A stretch of 32,813 nt of DNA from Minisyncoccota bacterium. GTDB lineage: Bacteria; Patescibacteriota; Minisyncoccia; Phycocordibacterales; JAXHMZ01. The stretch is from the NCBI GenBank assembly GCA_040879625.1, contig JBBDJZ010000020.1:1-32813 (forward strand), written 5' to 3'. The notes under the pieces were generated by a model. The model saw only the letters and a program-made list of their open reading frames with translations. It had not been told where the DNA came from and did no database searches. Numbering within the stretch: the first letter of the stretch is position 1; each line of letters starts with the position of its first letter. Shown in pieces: positions 32,167-32,813 of the stretch. The translations under genes and the position numbers were made by a program.

Positions 32167-32813
32167 TTAAAGGTCAAGTGTTGCTGTTTTGGCGTTTGAC
32201 TGGATAAAAGATTTTCGAGCTGCGACATCAGTCCCCATCAAAATATCAAATATCTGGTCTGCACCTTGTGCGTCATCAATGTTAACTTGCTTTAACACAC
32301 GGACACTTGGGTCCATGGTCGTCTCCCACAGCTGATCTGCGTTCATTTCTCCAAGACCCTTATACCGCTGAATGGTAAAGTTCTTCTTCTTTTTTGGAGT
32401 TTCTTCGCTTCCTTCTTCCTCAGTTACATCCTCGATTACCACAACCCCCCGATCAGCTTCAGGCTCTAATCCTTGTGCTTTCAAAAAATCGTCCTTACTG
32501 CTCTCGGTGTAGAAGTAGTGAGATTCTTTTCCTCTTGATACTTTATAGAGTGGTGGTTGCGCAATATAAAGGAAACCTCCTTCGATAACGGGCTTAAAGT
32601 AACGATAGAAGAGAGTAAGTATCAGCGTCCTAATGTGCGCACCGTCCACATCCGCATCGGTCGCAATGATAATTTTGTGATAGCGAAGTTTTTCAATATC
32701 AAACGTTTCACCAATAGCAGTACCGAGAGCAAGGACCAACGACTTGATTGAATCAGAACCGAGCATGCGGTCAAGTCTCGCACGTTCTACGTTTAAGATT
32801 TTCCCTCGTAGTG
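32167..32813 (-). CDS. gyrB: DNA gyrase subunit B, C-terminal part (5' end outside window)
   Basis: The frame stays open to the window edge ([18 protein letters not shown]...). TOPRIM motif [22 protein letters not shown], plus [26 protein letters not shown] and [13 protein letters not shown]. Confidence 0.93.
   Translation of the reverse strand, partial: LRGKILNVERARLDRMLGSDSIKSLVLALGTAIGETFDIEKLRYHKIIIATDADVDGAHIRTLILTLFYRYFKPVIEGGFLYIAQPPLYKVSRGKESHYFYTESSKDDFLKAQGLEPEADRGVVVIEDVTEEEGSEETPKKKKNFTIQRYKGLGEMNADQLWETTMDPSVRVLKQVNIDDAQGADQIFDILMGTDVAARKSFIQSNAKTATLDL

Noticed and set aside
1-32813. Alternative genetic code (UGA recoding, as in some candidate phyla), CRISPR arrays, IS elements, prophage or integrase remnants
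   Set aside because: TGA terminates dnaG and rnhB at family-typical lengths, and all large proteins are intact in code 11. No repeat-spacer periodicity, terminal inverted repeats, transposase or integrase ORFs were seen in any frame.

Overview
This is a gene-dense window dominated by housekeeping genes, with the standard genetic code (TGA is used as a stop at dnaG and rnhB). I found no rRNA, tRNA, CRISPR array or mobile element. The compact proteins, missing accessory domains, gene fusions and tiny spacers suggest a reduced-genome bacterium, possibly of the CPR/Patescibacteria type; that assignment is inference only.

Gene order:
- Plus strand, 1-2670: hisS (5' partial), a stand-alone DEDD exonuclease and a membrane-anchored DsbA-like oxidoreductase.
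- Minus strand, 2685-15646: one long string, rpoB-rpoC-dnaG-rpoD-(UvrD helicase/Cas4-like nuclease fusion), behind a strong promoter and a structured leader of about 137 nt.
- Minus strand, 15654-17268: rpsP-KH protein-trmD.
- Plus strand: rnr.
- Minus strand: rnhB | rpmF | nusB::Nudix fusion - rnc - a very short hinge-less SMC.
- Plus strand: dnaE and thrS.
- 29.2-32.1 kb: a cell-surface module bracketed by terminators, then gyrB (partial).

The best candidate for something undescribed is the surface module. It holds a sortase, an N-terminally anchored CARDB protein, and an Ig-like protein driven by a perfect consensus promoter. That Ig-like protein carries its sortase-type sorting signal (IPYTG, then a TM helix, then a basic patch) internally, followed by a 117-aa cytoplasmic tail.

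Other notable points:
- a NusB-Nudix fusion and a mini-SMC without a recognisable hinge;
- RNAP core, primase and sigma genes fused into one apparent operon;
- a recurring TGGTATACT extended -10 element placed 6-7 nt from start codons (leaderless-type layout), with no Shine-Dalgarno sequences seen;
- a strongly basic N-terminus on the primary sigma factor;
- substitutions in RpoB at rifamycin-contact residues.

All calls rest on reading the translations and the DNA by eye; no database search was possible.
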